Made by a program: the position numbers and the translations under genes. Of a stretch of DNA of 36,526 nucleotides, positions 1-12,829 are shown in pieces (position 1 is the stretch's first letter; each line of letters starts with the position of its first letter). A model generated the notes under the pieces. The model was not told where the DNA came from, searched no databases, and worked only from the letters and a program-made list of their open reading frames with translations. Location: NCBI GenBank assembly GCA_000826855.1, contig JTLS01000056.1, positions 1 to 36,526 of the forward strand. The letters are read 5' to 3'. The stretch comes from Basidioascus undulatus (Eukaryota).

Positions 1-68
1 CCCTCCTTGCCTTTTCGATCCCGCCTTTTGTCGGAGACTGACTTGAGTTCCTTGGATCACCCCCTCAG

Positions 69-3063
69 TGGACATCGCCGAGCAAGCGCGGATGCTCAAG
101 GAGTACGAGGACGCGCAAGCCGCGCTGCTCGCGCAGCGGGACGCCGAGGCGGCGCGCCAGGCCGCGCTGCAGGCGCAGCAGCAGCGCGAGTTTGAGGAGC
201 AGCAGCGCCTCCAGATGCAGCAGCAGGAGATGGCGCGCCAGCAGCTCCTGCAGCAGCAGGCACAGCAGCAGCAGATGGGCGTTGCGGCTGAGATGGAGAG
301 GCAGCTGCTGGAGATGAGGGGACAGTGGGAGAGGGACCAGATGATGCTCGAGCAGTATGATCGGGTACGTGGCGCCTCTCCCCTCCCACTCCTCCACCCG
401 CTCCTTCTCTCCATTTCCCTTGCCACCATCCCTTTCTCCTCACTTCCGCCCGCCCCCGCCTCTCTTTCCACCACCCCGTCTCCTTCCTCCCCCGCGTTCT
501 CCACACTTTCCATTTCCCGATTCAGCCCCCAGTCAACATGACGGAAGACCGAAGCTGACGTGCGTAAGGGCGTGCCCGCAGAGAGTGAAAGCACTGGAGA
601 ATGAGCTGGCGTCGATCAACGCGAACGCGGGCGCGCAGATGGCGGGCAAGGACGACCTGATCAAGAGCCTCCAGGACCAGGTTATGCTCTGGCGCAACAA
701 GTACGAGGCCCTCGCCAAGCTCTACACCCAACTCCGCACCGAGCATCTCGACATGCTCTCAAAGTACAAGGCGATGCAGTTGAAGGCGAACTCGGCGCAG
801 GAGGCTATTGACCGGGTGCGTGGGGCGCTTCCTTCTTTTGAACTCGGTGGCTCCGGCAAACCCTGGCTTCAAGAACGCCTCGCTCCGGAACTCGGGGTTC
901 CAGGAAGGAGCGAATGGTGAAGGCGAGGGAGACAGGATAAGAGAAAGGAGGCTGATAAGCGGAGCCGGGCGCACGGGAATAGATGGAACGCATGGAGCGC
1001 GACGTCAAGGCCAAGAACCTCGAGCTCGCGGACATGATCCGCGAGCGGGATCGCGCGCGATTCGATGTGGACCGGATGAAGTCTGTGCGTTCTGCCTCCT
1101 TGGCCCTCGGCTTTGGAGATGGGACACCGATCGTTTCGTTTGGGGACAGTCACAAAAAGAAGAGGTCGACCGGATCAAGCGCGAGCTGGCGTTCGCGAAC
1201 GAGCGCGCCGAGGACGCGTCGAAGTCCAAGAGCACCGAGACGTCGAGCATCATCTCGCGGTATAACCGGCAGCTCAACGAGTTGGAGGACTCGTTGCGGG
1301 TGCGTTCTCCGATTGCCCGTCGTCTTCCTCCTGGGAACACAACTGACCCGCGTCCTGGAGGGTGCGCACATCAACAGGCTAAGCAAATCCAGATCGACGA
1401 CCTGCTGCGCAAGCTGGACGAGCAGGCGGGCGAGGTGGCGCGTGTGCGCGACGAGAAGGACCAGGAGATCGCGATCATGCAGGAGGGCATGGACAGCACG
1501 ATCCAGCGGCTCGGGGAGATGCAGCTGGTGCGAGATTGTATTTCTTAGGCGGGAGATGGACAATAGGAAGAGGAGACCGCTGACGATGGCGGGAGGGATT
1601 TAGACTCAGGGCGAGACGGACCAGGCGCTCAATGCGCAGATCGACTTGCTCATCGTCGATCAGGACAAGAAGCTCAAGCAGATCATCGGTGCGTATACGA
1701 GCAGCACTGTTCCCGGTGATGACTGATGTGATTTTGCTTCGCGATGGTCCTATCCAGACTCGATCCTGCAGAGCTGTGTCGAGAAGGTTGACAACGCAGT
1801 CTACGAGCTTGAGTCGTCGATCCAGACCGGCAACCAGAACGCCACGCCCGAGTACACGCTTTCGCTCATCGAGAAGGCGCAGACGAACGCGAGCGAGTTC
1901 GCGGTTACATTCACGTCGTTCATCAACCCGAAGCAGACGGGTGCGTTTAGCAAGGTCGAAGGGGCAGTCCGGCGGAAATGGCTGAGTAAGCTTGGGCGGG
2001 GACAGCCGGCCACGTCGACGTTATTCGGACCGCGAACGAGCTCGCGCAGGCGCTCGCTGAGGTGCTCGTCAACGCCAAGGGCATCACGCGCCTTGCGCCG
2101 GACGACGACGCGTCGGACAAGCTCGTCAGCGTCGCCAAGACGACGGGCGACGTCGGCGTACGGATCTTCCTCGACCTGCAGTCGTACCGTCTCCAGGCTA
2201 TCCAGGCCGACCAGCGCGAGATGCTTGTGATGCGCAAGAACGCCGACACGCGCGACGCGCTCACCAAGCTCTCGGACGCTATCGACAAGATCATCCCCAA
2301 GAAGGGCGCGTCCGACGCGCTCTCCAAGGCCAACGGCGACATCGGCGACATCGTCGAGCGCGAGATGATGGCCGCCGCGAACGCGATCCAGGCCGCGACG
2401 GAGCGCATCCAGGCGCTCATGGGCCGCCCACGCGACTCGGGCCGGTACACGACCGTCGAGCTTTCGGTGCACGACGCGATTCTCGAGGCGTCGCTCGCGA
2501 TCACGAACGCTATCGGCCGCCTCATCCAGTGCGCGACCGAGAGTCAGAAGGAGATCGTCGCCGAGGGCCGCGGGTCGACGTCCGCGCAGCAGTTCTACAA
2601 GCGCAACAACCGCTGGACCGAGGGCCTCATCTCGGCCGCCAAGGCCGTCGCGTTCGCGACCAACCTCCTCATCGAGTCCGCAGACGGCGTCATCTCCGGC
2701 ACCCACAGCCTCGAGCAGCTCATCGTCGCGTCGAACGAGGTCGCGGGCGCCACGGCGCAGCTCGTCGCGGCCTCGCGCGTCAAGGCGAGCCACATGTCCA
2801 AGACTCAGGAGCGCCTCGAGATCGCCGCCAAGGCCGTCACAGAGGCGTGCAAGGCGCTCGTGCGCCAGGTCAAGGCGATTTCGGCCAAGCAGGCGGACAG
2901 CGCGGACGCGGACCTCGACTACGGCGCCATGCCCAGCCACGAGTTCAAGGTCCGCGAGATGGAGCAGCAGGTCGAGATCCTCAAGCTCGAAAAGGAGCTC
3001 GGCGTCGCGCGCAGGAGGCTCGGCGAGATGCGCAGGGCGGGATACCGCGACGAGGCGGACTGA
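69..3063 (+). CDS. SLA2: Endocytic/cytoskeletal adaptor Sla2 (End4/HIP1R family), 5'-truncated by the window edge
   Basis: Phase-consistent GT-AG exon chain 69-364, 582-815, 983-1084, 1150-1299, 1378-1527, 1604-1688, 1758-1940, 2006-3063. Q/E-rich coiled coil (WRNKYEALAKLYTQLRTEH) followed by a talin-like I/LWEQ domain (FYKRNNRWTEGLISAAKAVA...EQLIVASNEVAGATAQLVAASRVKA...EMEQQVEILKLEKEL). Confidence 0.95.
165..275 (+). repeat. Imperfect CAG-rich tract encoding poly-Gln in SLA2
   Basis: Runs such as CAGCAGCAGGCACAGCAGCAGCAG translate to QQQQAQQQQ within the first visible SLA2 exon. Confidence 0.8.
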
Positions 3064-3755
3064 GTGGTGTTGGACGTCCGGGTGGGGAGGGGATTGCTGA
3101 GTTTGATTGAGAGGGCTACGGCTACGAGCTGTACTTGAGCGACTGCACTTGCGCTATGCTCTGACATTCCTTTGCTGCATTTCTGTTCCTTGCATACCTT
3201 CGTTGCTATTTTGCTTCGTCTATTGCACGACCAACTTTATCCTTCGCTTGCGTGTGCGTCGCTCGCTAGATCGGCAGTGCGAGTATGCACGTCGACTAAT
3301 GCACTGTTTTGCTCGTGAGCTTTTGCCGGTGGTCGGTCCAGTCTGACTGATAGGTTATGTTCATTATTACCGTGATCTCGATGCAAAATGCCCGTGCGCG
3401 GTCTTGCTTGTACAGACGAGGCAGCCCACGTCAAGAACGTGATAGCAGGGAACGGCACGCGAATAGGGATTGTGCCTCCTGGCAAAGAAGCATTAGAGGG
3501 TTTGCTGATTAGTAGCTGAGGAAGTTCTCACACAGTCAACCCCAACTTCGAAGACAAGTACAACATCGTTGAAGCGGAGGTGGCGGATGTTGCGTGACAT
3601 GGAGATCGGAGTGCGTTGCTGTTCCTCCTGTCTTTTAGTACGTCACCGAGAACCGCTACGCCTGGGTGGACCTCGCGGTTTTGGGCTCGCGTGAGGAACG
3701 GTGACGCACGAAGAAACCTTGCAGCTTGGTGGTTGAGAAAAAGATGCTCGAGGAT

Positions 3756-4841
3756 CTATCTTTGATACACTAGCAAGAAGATTCGCTGCACTGGATTTAC
3801 TCCGAAAATGAAAGCATTGACACGCCTCAACGATTTAATGTACAACAACGAAAGTGCATCCTGTTCATTCCAGATCAACGTAGTCGCTCTCAGCATAGCC
3901 ATAGTAATCCCAGTTTGACTCCTCCAGCGGATCCCGCAAATTTCGACATACGACCGCATCAAGGAGCTAAAGCGAAGGCAGTATAGCCGCGGCAAGTGCC
4001 ACGAGAAGATGTCGGCTACATCATCAACGTAGATGGTGTCGGCCAGGTCTTGTGCTCGCTCAAAGAAATCCAGATAGAGGTGAGTGAGGTTTTCGAGGGG
4101 TTCAAGAGCGTTTGCTGCAGTCTGTAAGGGGAGACCATCCGGTTCAATGAGCTATTGCGATCGCCTTCAAAAGAATATAATGCATTGACGCACCAAAGTG
4201 TTTAGACCTGGCCCAAAGGTGCCGGGCGCGATGAGAAACTCGAGCCGAGGCAGACGCTCGGCTACGATTTTGAGACAGTGCCCTGTGTCGTCCTTCTCCG
4301 CGGAAGGTGACATGAAAAGGTTGCGCAGTCGAAGCGCTCCAAGAGTGCCCGGCAGACGCTACAAGAAGACGGGAGTTTCATCAGCAGAAGGTATGCGGTG
4401 CAGCGAATGGTCACTGAAGACGAGAAGGTTTTCGAGTGCCTTTATCAATCTGTGTATGTCTCCTCGTAATGCTGGGCAGCATTCAGGCGAATGGGTACAT
4501 GTTATTTGGCAAATGACTCAATTTTTCTTCATAAAGTCGTAGTTGTTGAGTCGCAGCACCGCTGTTTGGGCTTGCCAGCGGCAGAAGCCCGGGGGTATAG
4601 CAACCTCGGTTCCTACCAGTTGGGCTACATAGTGGAAGGCTGGAGGAAGGAACACTCTCATATCCGCGGCAGACACTAGCTCTTGGTAAGTAACACCGAG
4701 AAGACGATATCGCAGCAGTCTATACCCACTTTGGCAGAGGAGAAGCAAGCAGGTGCTGCACCTGTAGACGGGAACTAGCACGGTGTGTATTTTCTGTAAC
4801 TGTCTAAGACAAATTTTATGCTGGAAAGGTAGAATCAGCAT
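3756..4841 (-). pseudogene. Degenerate F-box-associated/LRR-like gene remnant (5' limit uncertain)
   Basis: Frame reads ...LRLRNLFM...KIVAERLPRLEFLIAPG..GLNTL|intron 4193-4122|TAANALEPLENLTHLYLDF...FSWHLPRLYCLRF (LxxLxL motifs typical of basidiomycete F-box-type families). In-frame TAG at 4361-4359 (could alternatively be a splice acceptor) and no continuous frame upstream. Confidence 0.4.
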
Positions 4842-6131
4842 GGGACACCTTGTATGAATGCAATCGAGCGCAGTTGAGTCCTCACCGCAAAGCTCGGTCT
4901 CCAGCCAAGCTGTTGTACGCCTCTTTCGAACATTGACTGAACCTCCATAACCCTTTTTGTTTAGTTTGAAGTGCCAAAAAGACGGCCCTGATTCCGGTGA
5001 GCACTACCAATTCGTGTTTTGGGTGTAAGCTGGAAGTTGCAAGCAGGCAGCTGACTCATGTGGTCCTTGCCGGCTTGACCTTTGCCCAATCACAATGGTC
5101 TTATCATGAACCGTAGTGATTCGCACATAAGATCGGCCTAATGCAGGAACTTGACACATCGCCGAGACGGTGTTGCCACATGAAAGGCACAGTCGTTTCC
5201 AGGAACGATGAAACATGGATGCTGTTTTGAGGTCCCAGCCGCCTGCTGATTGTCGACGCTGTACTCAATTTCTTCAAATTTACCCTGTTAAAAAATTCCA
5301 AGCCCAATGCTCAGCCACTCGAGAGACTACGAATAATTGTGCCCGATGGTTCAAGAGTCACGGCAAACTTCGCTGACAGTCGCCTCGCGGTCGCAGTCGC
5401 GCAGCCACTTCAAGCTGTTCGTTCCGTCAAGGCATCTCACGGAAAGAGGATCAGATCGGCTCTGAATAACCTGTTGACTGCATGGTCGAGGGTTCAGGAA
5501 AACAAGTAGTTGTGGATGGAGCCAAAGCCTTTTCTTACATTTGCGGGCCCGGCGTTCATTCCGGGCTCGCGGTTGGGTTTGAACTGCATCCTGTCTTCCG
5601 GACACCACGACCACGATGATCTGTATTACTATATGGAGTTCTAAGTGTCGCTTGTACTATCAACGTCGAAGGAGGAACAAAGCTCCGTACAACACCAACG
5701 AGCATGGCAGCTTGCCAAAGTGGCAGCCCAAGACTGCCCGGCCTCTCCCGAGCTGGCCATACATACCATCGGCCCCTCCCGGAACTCATCCACACCATCG
5801 CACGCTCGTCCTCGTGAGCGCCTGGACTACACTTCGTCGTGGGGCGATATTCCAAATATGACGCTCGCTGAGTGCATTGCCAGCGCCACGGAGGCATACA
5901 AGCGGGTGCAAGTCGGGGTGTACGCTCGCCCGCCGTTCTCCGACTCGGAAGTCGCCAGCCAGCACGCCGGTTCACCCGGACCGGCTGACCGCAACAGCTC
6001 TCCTGTGCCTTCGCCGCCCGAGGAGCTCATCGGTCTCAGTCTGATCAACCCAACCTTGTATCATTCTCAGGCCCAGCAAACTTGCTTTGCACACCATCAC
6101 CACCAAGAAGACGTTGCCGCCGCCGCCTTCG

Positions 6132-8766
6132 ATGCGCCCCTTGTCCCTGCGGTCCTTGCCACGCACCGCCGCCTTCCCCGCCCGCTCCATCGCCCTGACC
6201 CGCACCGCTAGCACTCCTGTATGTCTTCCTCCAATTCACCCTCTCCCCCACCTTCCTTCTCACCAAACCACCACCACCACTCCCGCAGGCCATGTCCCAC
6301 TCCTCCTCCTCCGTGGGCCCGCTCTACGCCGCCCAGCGCACGCTCCCGCACCTCCCCGTCCCGCCCCTCACCCAGACCGCAGAGCGCTACCTCGAGTCCG
6401 TCCGCCCGCATCTCTCCGACGCAGAGTACGCGACCACCTCCAAGGCCGTGCAGGACTTTGTCCAGGGCCCCGGGCCCGAACTCCAGAAGCGCCTCGAGGA
6501 GCGCGCGAAGACCGAGGAGAACTGGCTTAGCAAGTGGTGGAACGAGACGGCGTACATGGGTTGTGAGTGGCTGTGCTCTCTCTCCTTTTCCCTCCAGTGC
6601 CTGCTTTGCGAAAAGGAGAGGAGAGGGCTGAGTGGTGCTGATGTTGGTGCTGGACGGGAATGCCAGACCGCGACCCCGTCATCCCCTATGTGAACTACTT
6701 CTTCCTGCACGCCGACCAGCCGACGCTCCCGCAGACGCAGGCAGGGCGCGGCGCTGCGCTGATCAAGGCGGTCCTCGCGTTCCGGGACCTCGTAGAGTCG
6801 CAGCAGCTCGAGCCGGAGAAGGTCAAGGAGACGCCGCTCTGCTCCGCGAGCTACAAGTGGATGTGCGTCTTGCGCTCCCCTTTGGTTTCCTGGAAGCCAG
6901 GCTGACGGAAAGGGTGGATGGAAGGTTCAATTCGGCTCGCCACCCCGTTAAGCCCTCGGACACCGCGACCAAGTACGACCCGTCCAAGAACCAGCACATC
7001 ACTGTCATTCGCAAGAACCGGTTCTACGAGGTGGACGTTTCCAAGGGCGGGATCGAGGGGTGCGCCTTTCTTCCCCCTCCCCTTTCCTCGTCTACCCCTT
7101 TGACACTCCTCTCTCCCCCGCGCAATCAGCCAGTTGAAGCGCGTCGTCGCCCTCGCAGACGCCGCGGGTCCCGCCCCGCCCGTGGGGGTTCTGACGACCG
7201 AGAACCGCGACATCTGGGCGGACGCGCGCGCACACCTCGCGCAGCGCCCCGAGAACGCCAAGGCGCTCGAGCGTATCGACTCGAGCATCATCGTGCTGTC
7301 GCTGGACGACACCGCCCCCGTGACGCGCGAGGAGGCTAGCTGGGGCAGCTGGTCCGGCGGCGGGCGCAACAGGTGGTTCGACAAGCACCAGCGTGCGTTC
7401 ACCGTTCCCACTCCTCCCCCTTTCCATTGAAGAAGAAGCTGAATTGTGTTGGTGTGGGAGCAGTAATCGTCTTCGAGAACGGCAAGTCCGCCTTCAACGG
7501 CGAGCACTCGTGCATGGACGGGACGCCGCTCCTCCGCCTCAACGAGTTCCTCCTCGCCTCGCTCAGCAAGGGCAAGATCCCCGTCGACCCGCCCACCAAC
7601 TCGTACTCCTCTGAGCCTGTCGAGCTCAAGTTCGCGCTCGACGAGGGGGCGCTGGAGTATATCAGGGCCGCGGAGACGCACCACGACGAGGTGATGGGGA
7701 AGCACTCGCTGCAGGTGCGCCATCTCCCTTTCCCCTTTCTACGCAATCCTACACCCTCGCCCCCCGCGTTCCTTTTCACTGAAATGAGAAGGGCTGATTC
7801 GTGTGTTGGACCAGGTCCTCAACTACGAAGGCTACGGCTCGGGCCTGATCAAGCAGTTCAAGGCCTCCCCGGACGCATGGGCGCAGCTCGTCAAGCAGCT
7901 CGCGTTCTACAAGCTCAAGGGTCGCCCACCTGCCGTGTACGAGTCGTGCCAGACGCGCAGGTTCGCCCTCGGCCGTACCGAGGTCATCCGCTCCACGAGC
8001 AACGAGAGCACCGCGTTTGTGAAGGCGATGCTCGACCCGAAGGCGTCGGTGCGTGTTGCTCTCCTTCCCTCCCCCACTTTCCCTGTCCTCTCCCTTGTTC
8101 CGTCTCTCCTGTTCTTGTTCCCTCCGTCCCTCCCTCTCTCTCTGTCCCTCCCTCTTTCCCTTCTCTCTCTCCTTCCCTCCCCTTCTCCTTCCCTCCCTTG
8201 GTTGCTTGCTTCTCTTGCTTCAGCTTCGTCCTCCCCAAGACAAGACAGCAAGCTGACAGTTGGCCGATTGGATTGATCCCGACAGGACGCCGAGCGCGTC
8301 GAGAAGTTCCGCGCGGCGGTGAAGCGGCACCTGACGTACGCGGGCTGGGCAGCGAGCGGCGAGGGCGTCGACCGCCACCTGTACGGCCTGAAGAAGAGCC
8401 TCAAGGAGGACGAGCCTGTGCCTGCCATCTACACCGACCCGGCATTCGGGCGCTCCGCGAACTGGGAGCTTTCCACGAGCCAGCTCTCGAGCCCGTGGTT
8501 CGACGGGTGGGGGTACGGAGAAGGTGCGTTTCCTCACCTTTTGCTGGAGCGAGTAGGGCGAAGGAGCTGATTCTGGTGTGGTTGGGTGCTTAGTCGTCCC
8601 CGAGGGCTTTGGCCTCGCCTACGCGATCCACGACCGCTCGATCCGGTGGACCATCACGTGCACGACCGGCGAGGGCGACCGCCTCCGCCACTACCTCGCC
8701 GAGTCTGCGACCGAGCTCCGCAACGTCATGGAGCGCGCGCAGGCCGCCGAGAAGGCAAAGCTGTGA
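6132..8766 (+). CDS. CAT2: Carnitine O-acetyltransferase, ~616 aa, with N-terminal mitochondrial-type presequence and C-terminal PTS1 (AKL)
   Basis: Nine exons 6132-6218, 6289-6562, 6667-6862, 6925-7059, 7130-7392, 7464-7714, 7815-8048, 8286-8523, 8594-8766 (1851 nt, in frame). Family motifs LPHLPVPPL, NWLSKWW, NRWFDK, catalytic NGEHSCMDG, YESCQTRRFALGRTE, GEGVDRHL, LSTSQL; ends EKAKL*. Confidence 0.93.
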
Positions 8767-9197
8767 GAGGAGGAACGGCGGTAATGATGAGATAATGACC
8801 CTTTGTGTAAGCTGGACGGGGACGGGGACATGGGGAGGGAGGATGGACGGTCATAGAGATGTGCTATTGAATGGGTGGGAGGTAATGCAATGCATGGTCT
8901 GTTGAAAATGGGGTTGTGTGCATGAAGGTGATGCAGTTGGCGAAGTTGGCACACGCAGTGTTGCTCAGCTTCGGTGCTACGTTCAAGCGCTCGTGGCCTC
9001 TTTCCGCGGTTATCATCGGCTTGCGGCACACCAAATAGTGCAGAGCTGCAAAGAGTTTTTAGAAGTGAACGTGTATGACGGGTCTACCTTCGTATCTGAA
9101 GTTCTGCTGGCAAATGGGGCTGCGCCCCCCTCAGTGTGGGTAAATAGCAGCCTCGCTCTGCATGGTCCAAAATAACATCACAACTACAATTGACAAA

Positions 9198-10704
9198 TCA
9201 GCTCAAGGCCAACTCAGGGTCCACATAGTCCCCGTCCTCTTGCCGGCGCTTCTCCCTCTTTGCAGGCCCCCACTCCTCGTCATCGCTCTCGTACAAGCTC
9301 TTGTTCTTTGCAGCGGACTTCCTGCGTTCGCTCTTAGGCTGCAGCTTCCGCATATGAGAACGGCATATGGTTTGTTGTAAAGACGAAAGGAAATGTACCG
9401 CAGCTAATATGGACTGGACATATTCCTCGCGCGTCGCTTTCGCCTTTGCTGCGCGCTCGGCGAGCGTGCGCAAATGCCGCTGATGGCCGAGTACCGAGCC
9501 GTGCGAGCGATATGCGAGCGCTTGCACTGCGTACAAATGTCAGAGAAGGACTTCATGGTTCGGGAGACAGGAATACGTACCGGCAGCTTCAATCTGCAGG
9601 GCGTGGAGATGGACACTGGTCAGCGCGGTGGCGGAAGCAGACACTGCAACGGGGCAACTAACATATCGATATGAAGGCACAGAATCTCCACTGCAGATGA
9701 AGAGCGTTTAGAAAACGTGATGATGGTTATGGAGTACCGGCATACGATGATTCAATGCACTTGATACTAGCCAACTCGGCGTCCGACACTTTGTACCGCT
9801 TCTTAGCCTCAGTCTGGCCCGCCCCACACATCAGCCAGCACCCCAAGACAGCGCCAGGGCGAGTAAGCACGCACCTTGGATATTGTCTTCGAGTTCACCC
9901 ATTCGTCTGCTATCATCCCCCTCCACAAGCTGGCAAACCTCCCGGCCTCGCCCTCGTACGCTCCGACGGTAATGCAGAGCTTGCGCTCCGCATCAACGCG
10001 CCGCTCGGCCTCGCGCTCCATTTCCTCAGTAGGGGGGACGCAGGGTGTGAATATGTGCGCGAGTATCGCTGTGCACGCGGCGGCGGCGTGGGTCCGTTGT
10101 GCGTCGTACGAAGTCGGACATGGGTCGAGGTAGTGCTGGAAGACGAGATGAGGGGTCTTGTTGGAGTCAAGAACGCCATAACGCTGGATCGTCTGTCAAT
10201 CGAAGATGGTTAGCGAATAGAAGCAGGAGCTCTTTGCATGGGTTACTCACCCCTCGCGATAGCCAAGGGACCAGGGCTGTCGCACAGCGAGACTTTCAGC
10301 ACTGAAACGGTGAGGTAGCAGAGCAGATCTCGGCTTACCCTTCCAAACATCATGCGTGTAGTAACTCCGGAAAAGGCTCGAAACACCCGCCAGAGCAATA
10401 TGATCCCTCAACTACCCAGCACGCCAATCAACTCACCGCTTTACGAAGCAGAGTGAAGCCACAAACGGAAGCAGCGCACCTCGAGCTCGCCATCCCCGAC
10501 GATGTGGTCCAGCACCTCTAACGGTAGTTGCATGATCGGACAAACTCCCCCTTTTCCCGACCAGTCGGGGAGGTCGTTCCACTCGCAGTCCCTCCGCCGC
10601 AGCGCCGCCTTGCCCTTGCGCTGCCTCGGCGAGAGCGAGGAGCTCAGTGCCACCGTGCGCGGGCGCTTCGTCGGTGTAGAGGGTGGCTCATACGCTGCAG
10701 ACAT
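9198..10704 (-). CDS. F-box-like protein with XPA-C-terminal-like helical motif, ~359 aa
   Basis: Phase-consistent exons 10704-10480, 10411-10339, 10276-10251, 10192-9875, 9813-9746, 9690-9663, 9593-9581, 9526-9198. F-box-like IMQLPLEVLDHIVGDGELE-LRDHIALAGVSSLFRSYYTHDVWK; later ISKTEAKKRYKVSDAEL...YIEAAVQALAYRSHGSVLGH, resembling the XPA C-terminal region; basic/acidic tail. Confidence 0.7.
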
Positions 10705-12091
10705 GTGGTTCGTTTCGTCGCAGCAGGTGTTGCACAGACGTTATGAAGTTGCTGATGGAGGTCGTGGTCAAGGGGCGTCCCACGCTCACCATTGCACGTC
10801 AAGTTCCGAGTCCTTCTGCTCATAGGGAATTCGATATGCAATCGCTGGGCGCCAAACTCAGCTTATCAACCCCCCGCATAATCGAGACCACCTCAGGTGC
10901 CACACAATACAATACAACAAGGAATTCTTTACTGTGTGTTGAGCGCCAACTGGTTAGAAAGTTCCTAGGGTCTGGCTGCAATACAGCATGCGAGGCGTCG
11001 AGCCACCTCTGTAGCCGCTTCGCAGATAACTGTTTATGTTAGATATGTTTTGGCATCCTCATTATGCTATCAGACACTCCTATGACTCAGCTCAGTTTGA
11101 TCGCGTATCGCTCGATAGGTTGGTTGAGTAGTTCGATTTGGACTCCGGTGGATACAGGCATTTGGTCGAGTGGACTCTGCATAAATTGCCAAGTCTTTCT
11201 CTCTTTCTCCCTTTCTCTTTTTGTTCAGTCGATCATCAACAATACATTCGAGACTCCCGTACCCTTTAAGCAATTGCCTAACCATTCCTTGCCCGTGACA
11301 CTAGCCGTCTGCAGTGTGCGGGCCGAAGAGACCCAACCTCTTACACAGCAGGTAGCTGCCACACTGGCGGCGACGGGCGGTGCAATCGCCGACAATGCTT
11401 CAGTACAGTTTGAGGTCTAGAGGACCATGTTTTTTTCTGATGGTTGAGATTAAGGTACTCTGAATAATATTCTCTTATGACAACTCATCCTCATAAACAA
11501 CAGCCGAGGGGCGCGCGCCACCGCAGGATGTCGAGAGCTGCGGCTGTGGGACGATGCGAGGGCCGTGACGGGGGTCATGCTTGGTCTAGACCTAGGGGTT
11601 TGCATAGAGAAATGAAAGTAGATGAGGAAGAACCAGATCCGGGCTGAGCGGGACCAGTGAGAATGCGTCTCTGCGAGAAACATAGTGCTGTTTGTTAGGG
11701 ATGCTGTCTACGCACTGCCGTTTTTTTGTGTGTAACTTACAGAGCTTGAGGGAAAGTTGAGGCATACATTCTTCATGGAAGGCTCATCTTGCACACTGGG
11801 GACGAGGGAACGTCCTGCAAAGCGGAGGGTTGGGAAATCTTGGGGGACAATAGGGACTGCAATGTCTCATTCAAGGTACACTGAGGCCGACTATCTTATA
11901 AGAGTACTACTTTAGTGGTATCTGGTCAGATGGTCAGAGTTTCAGAGCAGAGTATGATCGTCAGGCTTCTCGCGCTCGGCCATTCTTGGTCGTTTCGGAC
12001 GCCTTGCCCCACAACCATCGAGCACCTCACCCGTGCAGAATAGCACTCGTTCAACCACCCGCCAGACCCCGCGTTTCCACTCGAACTTGAC

Positions 12092-12829
12092 ATGCCTTAC
12101 CCACATCTCCCGCTCGAAATTCATACGCTCATTATCGCGGAGGCGAGCGCTCCTTCTCACCCGCTCTCGTACGCCTGGGACACCACCACCTTGGCATCGC
12201 TCTGCCTCGTCTTCCGCTTGTTCGACGTTGAGATCAATCGCCTGCTTTGTAGCTCAATCATACTCTTCTCCATGCACGACATGAAGACGCTCGCGAGCAC
12301 TCTGGAGGCGAGGCCCCATCTCCATGCCCAAGTTCATTCGCTCCGCTTCGGTGGACTTTCAATGTACGAACGAATTCGGACCCTTGCTCCAGTACATTCT
12401 GCCCAAGACTCCGTCTTCTCGTGAAAGATCCTCACCTTTGGGTTTTCGTCTCCGAAGCTGGGGTTGACACTGGACGAGTACGTGCACCCGGTCAACTTCT
12501 TTGCGCTGTTCGATCGTGAGGCCAGCGTACTTCCGTCGTTCACGCAACTCACTCGCCTCGCCGTGTGGGACATTCAATTCTAAAGCCCAGCGGTTGTTCA
12601 AACTCTGCTCTCCCTTTCGCGTCTCACGCATCTCGCTCTCTTCGTGGACAGGACCGATGCTCGCAGCGATGGCTGGCTGCACGGCGTCTCGCAATATCTC
12701 ACCCATGCGCGGTCACTGCTCAAGCCGATTTTGGGAAGATGTCCGACATCAGGTTATCAGGGAATTTTCATGAACAATCTCAATGCGCAGTTATCGCAGT
12801 GCAGCGTTTCTGTAGTCATTATCTCGTGA
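12092..12829 (+). pseudogene. F-box-like/LRR-like gene with internal nonsense codons
   Basis: MPYPHLPLEIHTLII...LASLCLVFRLF...RLLCSSIIL...PHLHAQVHSLRF; the same frame continues through TGA 12422-12424 and TAA 12581-12583 into FTQLTRLAVWD and LSRLTHLALF. The first stop might lie in a short intron; the second has no plausible intron around it. Confidence 0.65.

Noticed and set aside
1801..2940. 379-aa minus-strand ORF (and similar long antisense ORFs over CAT2, ADE5,7 and UTP25)
   Set aside because: Shadow ORFs produced by strong GC3 codon bias of the real gene on the opposite strand; no family motifs.
5645..6131. 188-aa ORF upstream of the carnitine acetyltransferase
   Set aside because: GTG start, no recognisable domain, overlaps the probable promoter/5' UTR; cannot be supported as a gene.
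8049..8285. Long CT-rich low-complexity tract
   Set aside because: Ordinary pyrimidine-rich intron; similar tracts occur in SLA2, AKR and ADE5,7 introns.
10900..12000. AT-richer interval as a possible transposon or LTR remnant
   Set aside because: No terminal repeats, target-site duplication or transposase/RT motifs were visible.
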